From: Acutalibacteraceae bacterium
GTDB taxonomy: Bacteria; Bacillota; Clostridia; Oscillospirales; Acutalibacteraceae
Reading direction: 5' to 3'
Assembly (NCBI GenBank): GCA_045604215.1
Contig: JAZUNP010000012.1
Span: forward strand, 6,980 to 70,979
DNA length: 64,000 bases
Shown here: piece after piece, positions 48,801 to 56,051 of the stretch
Position numbering within the stretch: the stretch's first letter is position 1
How the letters are laid out: every line of letters starts with the position of its first letter
Notes under the pieces: model-generated
What the model saw: the letters and a program-made list of their open reading frames with translations, nothing else
Told to the model about the DNA's origin: nothing
Database searches by the model: none
Made by a program: the position numbers and the translations under genes

Positions 48801-49253
48801 AAAGGAGGTTATGTCTACGTTATCGTTCGATTTAACACTTATTGTATTTTGGCTTAAAATCTGTGGCGGTAATGTATATTGCACTGCCGCATCCACAGGT
48901 ACCAACAGCACGTCAAAAGCCCTATCAAGAACTCTTGATAGGGTGTCTACACGACGGTGTTCGTATTCTTTTGAGTAGCCTGTAACACGCTCGGTGTTGT
49001 AATCGCGTGAATAAAAAATCAAACAGTTAAGTCCCATAGACTCTAAATCGCTTTTAAGCGAAACGGCTGTTTGCTCGTCGGGTGTGACAATCAAAATTTT
49101 CCTTTTTAAATGCGCATTGAGCGCCGCGCTAACCAGCGCTTTGTGAACATTTGAAAGACCGCTTGATGCAATAGGTAAATTGCCGTTTTTTACCGCTTTT
49201 AACAATCTTGCGTAATCAGGCTCGTTTTTTAATATGTCAAATAAACACTTCAT
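45825..49253 (-). CDS. mfd: transcription-repair coupling factor
   Basis: 1142 aa. UvrB-homology N-terminus, RNAP-interaction domain, SF2 motifs (GDVGFGKTEVA, DEEQRFG, SATPIPRT, LHQLRGRVGRS) and the TRG motif. Confidence 0.95.
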   Translation of the reverse strand: MKCLFDILKNEPDYARLLKAVKNGNLPIASSGLSNVHKALVSAALNAHLKRKILIVTPDEQTAVSLKSDLESMGLNCLIFYSRDYNTERVTGYSKEYEHRRVDTLSRVLDRAFDVLLVPVDAAVQYTLPPQILSQNTISVKSNDNVDITSFCESLIDAGYARSELCEGVGQFAVRGGIIDVFATGNDYPVRIELWGEEVDSLSFFDIETQRRTENIDSIKIYPANELPFNTKELSQKLQNYLQNTKKLTDNQRNFINQDILALDASLSVSPDLYIPFLYEKPSTIFDYTTDCIMVVCESGNINERLKNIFTIEKEEISDLLESGKLCPKSAKMRLTPAELYTFFERAVYFENFPRTSYEISLKELVSFNFKRSTAWGGDIAVLIDDIAYMLHIKGTVVILAGEAKAAKVLTAELNDRGTNAVFLQNPSELKAGGIYVMVGGLSSGFEIPMCKLYVITHRHIASEEKLIRRKYKDGKQINSLDELARGDYVVHASHGIGIFDGINQIKNGSVTKDYIKIKYAGTDILYVPVTQLDLVSKYIGAAEDSGIKINKLGGTEWQRTRARVKKAVRDMAKQLTALYAKRMATKGYAFSEDTDLQSGFEARFEYEETDDQLRCVDEIKRDMQREVPMDRLLCGDVGFGKTEVALRAAFKCVSEGKQCALLVPTTILAMQHYNTVLRRFGDMPLTVKLLNRFVTKREQEKTILGLKSGRVDMVVGTHRLISKDVSFKNIGLVIIDEEQRFGVAQKERLKELYPFVDILTLSATPIPRTLNMAMSGLRDMSTIDEAPNDRHPVQTYVLEQNDGVLLDAINRELRRGGQVYYLHNRVDTITRLAAKLKERLPNARIGIAHGKMSEDELSDIWQKLLEHEIDVLVCTTIIETGVDVPNANTLIIEDADRMGLSQLHQLRGRVGRSPRRAYAYFCFKRNREISETATKRLEAIRQFTEFGSGFKIAMRDLEIRGAGSVLGGEQHGNMEAVGYDMYLKLLADAVNEEKGIESHEELSCVIDLNISAHIPERYIESLPARLGIYRRIADIQDESDVQDVIDELCDRFGEPPRAVMGIIEISLLRSKATAACITEITGTPTTAVLHTPKIDMQIAAKLSDEFKSAFTLSSSGEPAYIIRLTNGLKLTDVVSKLSKIL

Positions 49254-49259
49254 ACAAAA

Positions 49260-49856
49260 TTATTTGCTGTATTTGTTCATTGCCGAATCAATACCTCTCG
49301 CAATGATTTCATTTACAGCCTTTGCCGCGTTTTCACACGCTGTTTTAAATTCAGTCTGCTGTTCTGTTGGTATTTTACCCAAAACCCAATCCTTCATATC
49401 ATAATCAGGATGGGGTTTAGCGCCAACACCAATTTTAATGCGCGAAATCTCTTCACTGCCTAAAAGCTGAATTATATTCCCAAGTCCCTTTTGACCGCCC
49501 GAGCTACCCTTGCGGCGAATTCGTATTTTACCAACATCAAGAGATACGTCATCATGCATTATAATAATTCTTTCAAGCGGAATTTTATAAAACGACGAAA
49601 GCTTTTGTACGGCAACACCCGACAAATTCATATAAGTTAGCGGTTTAGCAACGATTACTCGCGCATTAGCGATTGTTCCGTCCCCAAAAACTGCATCAAA
49701 TTTTGATTTTGAAAGCTTTATATTAAATTTTTCACTTAAAATATCTGCAGCTATAAATCCTGCGTTGTGGCGGGTGTTTTCATATTCGCGACCTGGGTTG
49801 CCAAGTCCTACTATCAAGTATTCGAACGTACCGCCTTTATCTTTTTTAAAAAGCAT
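49260..49856 (-). CDS. pth: peptidyl-tRNA hydrolase
   Basis: Contains LIVGLGNPGREYENTRHNAGF and HDDVSLDVGKIRIR. I chose the ATG at 49856. The track start at 49868 is a TTG four codons upstream. Confidence 0.92.
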   Translation of the reverse strand: MLFKKDKGGTFEYLIVGLGNPGREYENTRHNAGFIAADILSEKFNIKLSKSKFDAVFGDGTIANARVIVAKPLTYMNLSGVAVQKLSSFYKIPLERIIIMHDDVSLDVGKIRIRRKGSSGGQKGLGNIIQLLGSEEISRIKIGVGAKPHPDYDMKDWVLGKIPTEQQTEFKTACENAAKAVNEIIARGIDSAMNKYSK

Positions 49857-49969
49857 TTTTATCACCAAGGGTATCTTACCATATTATAATATTTTATTCA
49901 AGAATTATCCTTGATAATTTTAAAAAAATAATATATACTATTATTAAATAAAAAAGGAGGTTTTTACCA

Positions 49970-50518
49970 ATGGGAGTAAAGACAAACAAATATTCAGGCA
50001 CACAAACCGAAAAGAACTTGATGGATGCTTTTAGCGGTGAATCACAAGCTCGAAATAAATACACCTATTTTGCATCAAAGGCAAAAAAAGAGGGCTTTGA
50101 GCAGATTGCGGCGCTCTTCCAAAAGACTGCTGACAACGAAAAAGAACACGCAAAAATGTGGTTTAAGGAATTAAACGGCCTTGGCGACACAGCCGAAAAT
50201 TTGCTTTCAGCTGCCGAGGGCGAAAACTACGAATGGACCGATATGTACGCAGGTTTTGCCGAAACCGCTGACAAAGAAGGTTTCCCCGAGCTTGCTGCAA
50301 AGTTCAGAATGGTTGCAGCTATCGAAAAGCATCACGAGGAACGTTACCGTGCACTTCTTAACAATGTTGAAACAGCACAGGTGTTTGAAAGAAGTGAAGT
50401 TAAGGTTTGGGAATGCCGCAACTGCGGTCATATCGTAGTTGGAACAAAGGCTCCCGAAATGTGCCCTGTTTGCGCTCATCCAAAGGCATACTTTGAAATC
50501 CACGCTGAAAATTATTAA
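49970..50518 (+). CDS. rbr: rubrerythrin
   Basis: 182 aa. Ferritin-like diiron ExxH motifs ([16 protein letters not shown]) and the C-terminal rubredoxin CRNCGH...CPVCAHP. AGGAGG RBS. Confidence 0.93.
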   Translation: MGVKTNKYSGTQTEKNLMDAFSGESQARNKYTYFASKAKKEGFEQIAALFQKTADNEKEHAKMWFKELNGLGDTAENLLSAAEGENYEWTDMYAGFAETADKEGFPELAAKFRMVAAIEKHHEERYRALLNNVETAQVFERSEVKVWECRNCGHIVVGTKAPEMCPVCAHPKAYFEIHAENY

Positions 50519-50527
50519 TTCGCAAAA

Positions 50528-50560
50528 CAAAACCCTCGCTCAAAGCGAGGGTTAAATTTT
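50528..50560. terminator. bidirectional terminator between rbr and acpP
   Basis: Stem aaccctcgc (50531-50539) pairs with gcgagggtt (50545-50553). T-rich on the minus-strand side (ttgttttg) and weaker on the plus side. Confidence 0.6.
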
Positions 50561-50789
50561 ATTGCACATTTGCTTGAATATACTCTACAACCTGACCTAC
50601 GGTCTTGAGACTTTCGATTTTTTCGTCGGGAATTTCAATTTCAAACTCGTCTTCAATTGACATAAGCATTTCGACAACGTCAAGGCTGTCAGCACCAAGG
50701 TCGTCAGCGATGTCGGTATCCATTGTGATGCTGTCACAATCTGCATCGAGTTGTTCTGCCAAAATTTGTTTCATTTTTTCAAATACCAT
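50559..50789 (-). CDS. acpP: acyl carrier protein
   Basis: 76 aa with the phosphopantetheine site [14 protein letters not shown]. Confidence 0.9.
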   Translation of the reverse strand: MVFEKMKQILAEQLDADCDSITMDTDIADDLGADSLDVVEMLMSIEDEFEIEIPDEKIESLKTVGQVVEYIQANVQ

Positions 50790-50842
50790 AAATTTTCCTC
50801 CATATCAAGCGGAAAACCGCCAAGAATTTTTGTTATATAAAA

Positions 50843-50871
50843 ATAATATGTGCTAGGTGGCTTTTTGTCAA
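50843..50871 (-). promoter_or_regulatory. promoter of acpP
   Basis: On the minus strand: consensus TTGACA (50866-50871), 17 nt spacer, TATTAT (50843-50848). Confidence 0.5.
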
Positions 50872-50975
50872 TAGTTTTTTTAAATTTTACTTTTGAAAAT
50901 TTAAAATGCATATTGATTTTTAATGTTGTTTTTGTTACAATTCAAAAGGAATAATACTACAGTGGGGGTTTGTTT

Positions 50976-52118
50976 ATGAAAGCCATTATAAACGGAAAAA
51001 TCATACTTAAAGATCGTATTATTAAAGGAATGGCGCTTCTTTACAGCGACGTAATCGAAAGCGTAGTATCTACCAATAAGGTTCCTTCTGATGCAGAAAT
51101 TATTGATGCTAACGGCGGATACGTTTCTCCCGGTCTTATTGACATCCATATTCACGGTTACCTTTCAAAAGACGTTTGCGACGGTGAGGAAGAAAGCATT
51201 CGCACAATCGCAAGCGGTATCATTAAAAACGGTGTTACAGGCTTCTTGCCCACAACAATGACTGTTGATATGGCGGTTATCCGCAAGGCTCTCCAAGTTT
51301 GTCGCGACTTAAAGGAAGAAAGCAAAAACTGGGCAGGTTCTCAAATTTTGGGTTGCCATGCTGAAGGTCCGTTTATTAGCGAGAGCAAAAAGGGCGCACA
51401 GGATCCCAAGTACATACTTAAGCCCGATGCTAAATTTGTAAAAGAATATGCTGACATAATCAAAATTATCACACTCGCACCCGAATGTGATACCGAGGAT
51501 TTTGCCGCTATTCGCGAAATCACTCGTGACACTGATGTTGTAATCTCTATGGGGCACACCAGCGCTGATTATGACACAGCAATGGCTAGTACAAACGTAG
51601 GCGTACGCCACGTTACTCACCTCTTTAACGCTATGACTCCCTTGGCTCATAGAGCGCCAGGTGTTGTTACCGCGGCATTTAACAGCGATGTTTCCTGCGA
51701 AGTTATCGTTGATACCTTCCATGTAAACAGTTGCTTCTATGATTTGCTACACAAGATTAAGGGTAGAAAGCTTTGTTTTATCACCGACTGCTTACCCGCA
51801 GGAGGTTTGCCTTATGGCGAATATACACTTGGCGGCACCAAAATCATCTATAACGACATTGTTTGCCGACTTGAAGACGGCACCGTTGCGGGTAGTGTAT
51901 TGCCACTAAATCAAGGTGTTTGGAACGTTTACACCAACTCTAACATTCCGCTTAACGAATGTGTAAACGGCGCATCCCTTAACCCAGCTACTGCAATTGG
52001 TATTGCTGACCGCAAGGGTTCACTTGATGTGGGTAAAGATGCTGACATTATTATTACCGATGACAGCTTTAATGTGCAAAAAACAATTATTGGAGGAGAA
52101 ATCAAATATGAAGCTTAA
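50976..52118 (+). CDS. nagA: N-acetylglucosamine-6-phosphate deacetylase
   Basis: About 380 aa with GLIDIHIHG, HAEGPFIS, ISMGHT, and THLFNAM. A candidate promoter TTGATT-17-TACAAT lies at 50913-50941. Confidence 0.92.
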   Translation: MKAIINGKIILKDRIIKGMALLYSDVIESVVSTNKVPSDAEIIDANGGYVSPGLIDIHIHGYLSKDVCDGEEESIRTIASGIIKNGVTGFLPTTMTVDMAVIRKALQVCRDLKEESKNWAGSQILGCHAEGPFISESKKGAQDPKYILKPDAKFVKEYADIIKIITLAPECDTEDFAAIREITRDTDVVISMGHTSADYDTAMASTNVGVRHVTHLFNAMTPLAHRAPGVVTAAFNSDVSCEVIVDTFHVNSCFYDLLHKIKGRKLCFITDCLPAGGLPYGEYTLGGTKIIYNDIVCRLEDGTVAGSVLPLNQGVWNVYTNSNIPLNECVNGASLNPATAIGIADRKGSLDVGKDADIIITDDSFNVQKTIIGGEIKYEA

Positions 52119-53484
52119 AGTAAATGCTAAACTTGACCCAAAATTTGCGCCTATGTCTATCGTTTGCCGCGATATGCGCGAAGCAACTGCGGTCGACGGA
52201 CAGGATATTGTTATCGCGGTTGAACGCAACAAGGGTTACACAACTACATACAAAACACGTATCTTCAAGGACAGTACAGGCAAAGACGACCAAAACTTCG
52301 CTTTTGTAGAGCGTATTGTTAAAACTCTTTTGTGGGTTGCTGGCGGTTATAAAATCATTATTGCAGGTAGCGATATAGTAGCAAAAAAGATTAAAGAGGC
52401 TTACAGCTACGGCGGCGCGCGTGAGTTTGATGTTAAGTTTATGGAGCGCGTTTATGAAGAAAAGTTCAGCGTAAGCAGTGTAGCGCTCGCTGATGCGCCA
52501 AAGGATAAATCTTCTGCCTCTCCTGTAGGTCGTCATCTTGACGGATGCCGTATCGGCTTTGACGCGGGCGGTTCCGACCGTAAGGTTAGCGCTGTTATCG
52601 ACGGCGAAAGCGTATATTCTGAAGAGGTTGTTTGGTTCCCAAAAACTAACTCTGACCCTGAGTATCACTACCAAGGCATACTCGAAGCAATGAAGACCGC
52701 GGCTTCAAAAATGCCGCGCGTTGACGCAATTGGTGTTTCAAGTGCCGGCGTTTACGTTGACAATCGTATAATGGTTGCTTCTCTCTTCCTCAAAGTTAAC
52801 GACGAAGACTTTGAAACGAAAGTCAAGAATATGTACCTTGACGTTGCACGAGAAATCGGTGAAAACATTCCGATTGAAGTTGCAAACGATGGTGACGTTA
52901 CAGCGCTCGCAGGCGCTATGAACCTTGGCGAAAATTCAGTTCTTGGTATCGCTATGGGCACAAGTGAGGCTGCAGGTTACGTTGACCCGCAGGGCAATAT
53001 CACAGGCTGGCTTAACGAACTTGCTTTTGCTCCTGTTGACTTCTGTACTGAAGCTATGGTTGACGAATGGTCAGGCGACTACGGTTGCGGTGTTAAGTAC
53101 TTCTCACAGGATGGTGTTATTAAGCTCGCTCCATACGCTGGTATTGAACTTGACGAGTCTCTCTCTCCTGCTGAAAAGCTTAAGGTTGTTCAAAATCTTA
53201 TGAAGGAAGGCGACGAAAGAGCAGCAGCAATCTACGACACAATTGGCGCTTACTTTGGTTATGCTATCGCTTACTACTCAGAGTTCTATGATATTAACCA
53301 CGTTCTTATTATGGGTCGAGTAACAAGTGGTAAGGGTGGCGAAATTCTTCTTGAACGCGCAAAGGAAGTTCTTGATAATGAATTCCCAGAGCTTGCAAAA
53401 AAGATCAACCTCAACATTCCTGATGAAAACGCACGTCGTGTTGGTCAGTCAGTCGCAGCCGCAAGCTTGCCAAAGCTTAACTAA
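52108..53484 (+). CDS. ROK-like/ASKHA-fold sugar kinase with an extra N-terminal domain of about 145 aa
   Basis: 458 aa from the ATG at 52108 (GGAGGAG RBS), overlapping the nagA end by 11 nt. Has the phosphate-1 motif IGFDAGGSD at about residue 150, VANDGDVTALAG (ROK-like NDxNxAALGE) and LGIAMGTSEAAGYV. No ROK zinc CxCGxxGC motif seen. Confidence 0.6.
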   Translation: MKLKVNAKLDPKFAPMSIVCRDMREATAVDGQDIVIAVERNKGYTTTYKTRIFKDSTGKDDQNFAFVERIVKTLLWVAGGYKIIIAGSDIVAKKIKEAYSYGGAREFDVKFMERVYEEKFSVSSVALADAPKDKSSASPVGRHLDGCRIGFDAGGSDRKVSAVIDGESVYSEEVVWFPKTNSDPEYHYQGILEAMKTAASKMPRVDAIGVSSAGVYVDNRIMVASLFLKVNDEDFETKVKNMYLDVAREIGENIPIEVANDGDVTALAGAMNLGENSVLGIAMGTSEAAGYVDPQGNITGWLNELAFAPVDFCTEAMVDEWSGDYGCGVKYFSQDGVIKLAPYAGIELDESLSPAEKLKVVQNLMKEGDERAAAIYDTIGAYFGYAIAYYSEFYDINHVLIMGRVTSGKGGEILLERAKEVLDNEFPELAKKINLNIPDENARRVGQSVAAASLPKLN

Positions 53485-53497
53485 AACTTAAAAATTT

Positions 53498-53526
53498 ATC
53501 CCCCGAAGTTTCGGGGGATTTTTTAT
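53498..53526 (+). terminator. rho-independent terminator
   Basis: Stem atcccccga (53498-53506) pairs with tcgggggat (53511-53519), followed by a T-run at 53520-53525. Confidence 0.8.
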
Positions 53527-53571
53527 TGTATAACGAAAAACAGAGCAGATTAATTTCTACTCTGTTTTTAA

Positions 53572-54345
53572 TTAATCAGATAAATTTTTAGCGTTGCGGT
53601 TTATAGGTTCCTCGCCGCGCCAAGTGTATGGGCGGTTTTCGGTATCTTCTCCTATTACGTACTCATCACGATAACCGTTTATAAATTCGGGTATGTCGGT
53701 GTTTTGAGCTTTTTTATTTAAAGGACACGCATTTTGGCAAATATCGCAACCCCATAAAATTTGATTTTGCTTTAAAACTTCAAGTTCTTCATCTGTAACT
53801 TTTTTCTTTTGGCTTATGTGTGATAGACAATTTACCTTTTTCAGTGTCACAGGACACTCTTTTTTGCATTTTCCACAATGTCTACACTCGGTATATTGGT
53901 TTTTGCAATCAATTTCGAGGTCGGTTACAATCTCGCCTAAAAACACAAAGCTTCCATATTCTTTTGTAATAAGTAAGCCGTTATCTCCCTTTGCACCCAG
54001 TCCCGCTACTGCGGCGGTATGCACCTCGGGTATTGGGGAATTGTCGCAAAACCATTCAAAACAGTTGTCATTATATTTTTCTTTTAATTTTTGACAAATA
54101 TCATCTAATATTTCACCGCAGACTAAATGATAATCCTTAACTGAGGCATATCGGCTTAAAAATTTGGGCGGCTTGTCCTTCACCTTATACGGAAAAGCGC
54201 AAATTATTATCGTTTTTGCGTCCTTTGGTAAGCGAGATTTTGCGCGACACTCTAAAAGATGCTCTTTTACACTGTCAAACGCGCAAAAACCGACATTTCG
54301 GGTGCCGTTGGCTCTTAAAATGTCGGTAATTGTTGTTTTTATCAT
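53572..54345 (-). CDS. queG: epoxyqueuosine reductase (QueG family, short form)
   Basis: 257 aa with SRYASVKDYH, AAVAGLGAKGDNGLLITKEYGSFVFLGEI, and two ferredoxin motifs (CRHCGKCKKECP and GCDICQNACP). Confidence 0.8.
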   Translation of the reverse strand: MIKTTITDILRANGTRNVGFCAFDSVKEHLLECRAKSRLPKDAKTIIICAFPYKVKDKPPKFLSRYASVKDYHLVCGEILDDICQKLKEKYNDNCFEWFCDNSPIPEVHTAAVAGLGAKGDNGLLITKEYGSFVFLGEIVTDLEIDCKNQYTECRHCGKCKKECPVTLKKVNCLSHISQKKKVTDEELEVLKQNQILWGCDICQNACPLNKKAQNTDIPEFINGYRDEYVIGEDTENRPYTWRGEEPINRNAKNLSD

Positions 54346-54782
54346 TTTCTTACACCCTCAAAAAAATCGGTAAGTAACGCTCTACATTCATCCTCTTTTA
54401 TTCCGCCGTAAACGGTGGTGTTGGCGAACGGCAATGAGGTAATACTGGTAACAGAATCTATACAGCCCATTGTTTTGTCATAGGCGCCAAAAACAAGTTC
54501 TTTTATGCGGGCGTTCACAATAGCGCCCGCACACATAGAGCAAGGTTCTAATGTGACATACATTGTGCAGTCATCAAGTCGCCAATCACCAAGTGTATTA
54601 CAGGCAGCATTTATTGCCTCGGTTTCAGCATGTGAAAGGGCATTTTTCTTTTGCTCCCGCATATTATATCCCTCTCCTATTATACTGCCATCCTTAACCA
54701 CAACCGCGCCGACAGGCACCTCGCCCTGAGCGGCGGCTGTTTTTGCAAGCTCTATAGCTCTTGTCATAAATCGGCTGTCCAT
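54342..54782 (-). CDS. tadA: tRNA adenosine(34) deaminase
   Basis: 146 aa with the CDA zinc motifs HAETEAI and PCSMCAGA. Its stop overlaps the queG start by 4 nt. Confidence 0.92.
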   Translation of the reverse strand: MDSRFMTRAIELAKTAAAQGEVPVGAVVVKDGSIIGEGYNMREQKKNALSHAETEAINAACNTLGDWRLDDCTMYVTLEPCSMCAGAIVNARIKELVFGAYDKTMGCIDSVTSITSLPFANTTVYGGIKEDECRALLTDFFEGVRK

Positions 54783-54790
54783 TTTTTCAC

Positions 54791-55954
54791 CTAAATCACA
54801 AAATATGTTAATGATTCCACAAGATTAAACACAAAAAACAAAATTATAACCCAGCTTGTAAAAAAGTAGGTGTATTTTTGTTTGGTTGTGGATATATGGT
54901 TGGTGTCCTTGATTAATATGAAGTTTTCAAAATGTGAATTATCCTTATAACCATCGGTCGTTACTACACTGCGTTTTTTGGTCTTTGATATAGCTAAGCG
55001 AGCGAGCATATATATTCCAAAAACTGCGGCCAAAAGACCGAAAATTAGGTAAACAAGATATATCAGGTTTTGCATATTTGTATTTAATGTACCGTCTAAA
55101 TAGGTAAATATTACCGAAATTGCATTATTTGCGCAATGCACGGCAACGCTTATCCATATGCTGTTTGACTTAACATAAATATAACCTAAAATAAGTCCTA
55201 CCATAATGGCAAATGGTATTTGATCAAAATTTCCATGCATAACACCAAACACGATGGACGAGGTTATTATTGCAAAACCGTCACCATATTTACGTAGCAA
55301 ACCCAAAACTATTCCGCGGCAGGCAAACTCCTCCGCCAAAGCGGGTACAATCGCTGTTGCAATAAAGGATAATAAAAAGCCAAGCAGCCCTTTTGGATTG
55401 TCACCGTAATTAACGTCGTACTTAATTCCCATTCCCTCAAAAAAAGCCGAGCAATAATTCACAGCTATATTTGAAAAGCAACAAAAACCCACACCTATAA
55501 AAAAGAATGGCAATGCGGTATTTTTTATAGGCTTATTTGTTTTTACGAGTGAATCAATACGGTACCCCGCGCATCGCGCCGCGATTGGAAACGGCAACAA
55601 AAACATAAGAACGGAAAGTATTATTTGCAAAATTTGTTGAACCGCTGCATCCTCGGTGAGTGACACCGCATCGGAATATGACATTCCTATAATTTTTGTT
55701 GTAATATAAATATATACAACCGACCAAACAAGAGTTATAAGCGATAGGCACACGCATGGTATACCTACTGTGAGTGCAATGCGGCGCATATCTCTTTTTT
55801 CGCGATACGCCTCATTTGCAAAACCGTACTGATATGAAGAATCTTCGAATACGGGTTGTGGTGCCTGAGTAGCGTTTGGTTGTGTATCAAAATTATTTTC
55901 TTCTAACATAGAAATACTCCTTTTGAATATTTCCTCAAAACCCATGCAAATCAA
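54791..55954 (-). CDS. CPBP family intramembrane glutamic endopeptidase (CAAX protease/Abi-type)
   Basis: 387 aa, multi-TM. CPBP motifs EEFACRGI, FGVMH, and HCANN. Confidence 0.8.
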   Translation of the reverse strand: MICMGFEEIFKRSISMLEENNFDTQPNATQAPQPVFEDSSYQYGFANEAYREKRDMRRIALTVGIPCVCLSLITLVWSVVYIYITTKIIGMSYSDAVSLTEDAAVQQILQIILSVLMFLLPFPIAARCAGYRIDSLVKTNKPIKNTALPFFFIGVGFCCFSNIAVNYCSAFFEGMGIKYDVNYGDNPKGLLGFLLSFIATAIVPALAEEFACRGIVLGLLRKYGDGFAIITSSIVFGVMHGNFDQIPFAIMVGLILGYIYVKSNSIWISVAVHCANNAISVIFTYLDGTLNTNMQNLIYLVYLIFGLLAAVFGIYMLARLAISKTKKRSVVTTDGYKDNSHFENFILIKDTNHISTTKQKYTYFFTSWVIILFFVFNLVESLTYFVI

Positions 55955-56004
55955 AAGCTTTGCAGTGAATAGGTAATTGTGAATAGTGAAAAAACTGTAT
56001 ATAT

Positions 56005-56028
56005 GTGTTCCCGCTTTCGCGGGAACAC
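56005..56028 (-). terminator. GC-rich hairpin downstream of gyrA (weak U-tract)
   Basis: Stem gtgttcccgc (56005-56014) pairs with gcgggaacac (56019-56028). On the minus strand a T-run follows only after about 9 nt. Confidence 0.4.
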
Positions 56029-56051
56029 CTTAATTATTTATTTTTCATTAT

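Noticed and set aside
49870-49969. PerR or Fur-type operator upstream of rubrerythrin
   Set aside because: Only one perfect TTATAAT half-site is present (within catattataatatttta). The second half does not match the 7-1-7 PerR box, and the region is generally AT-rich, so a chance match is likely.
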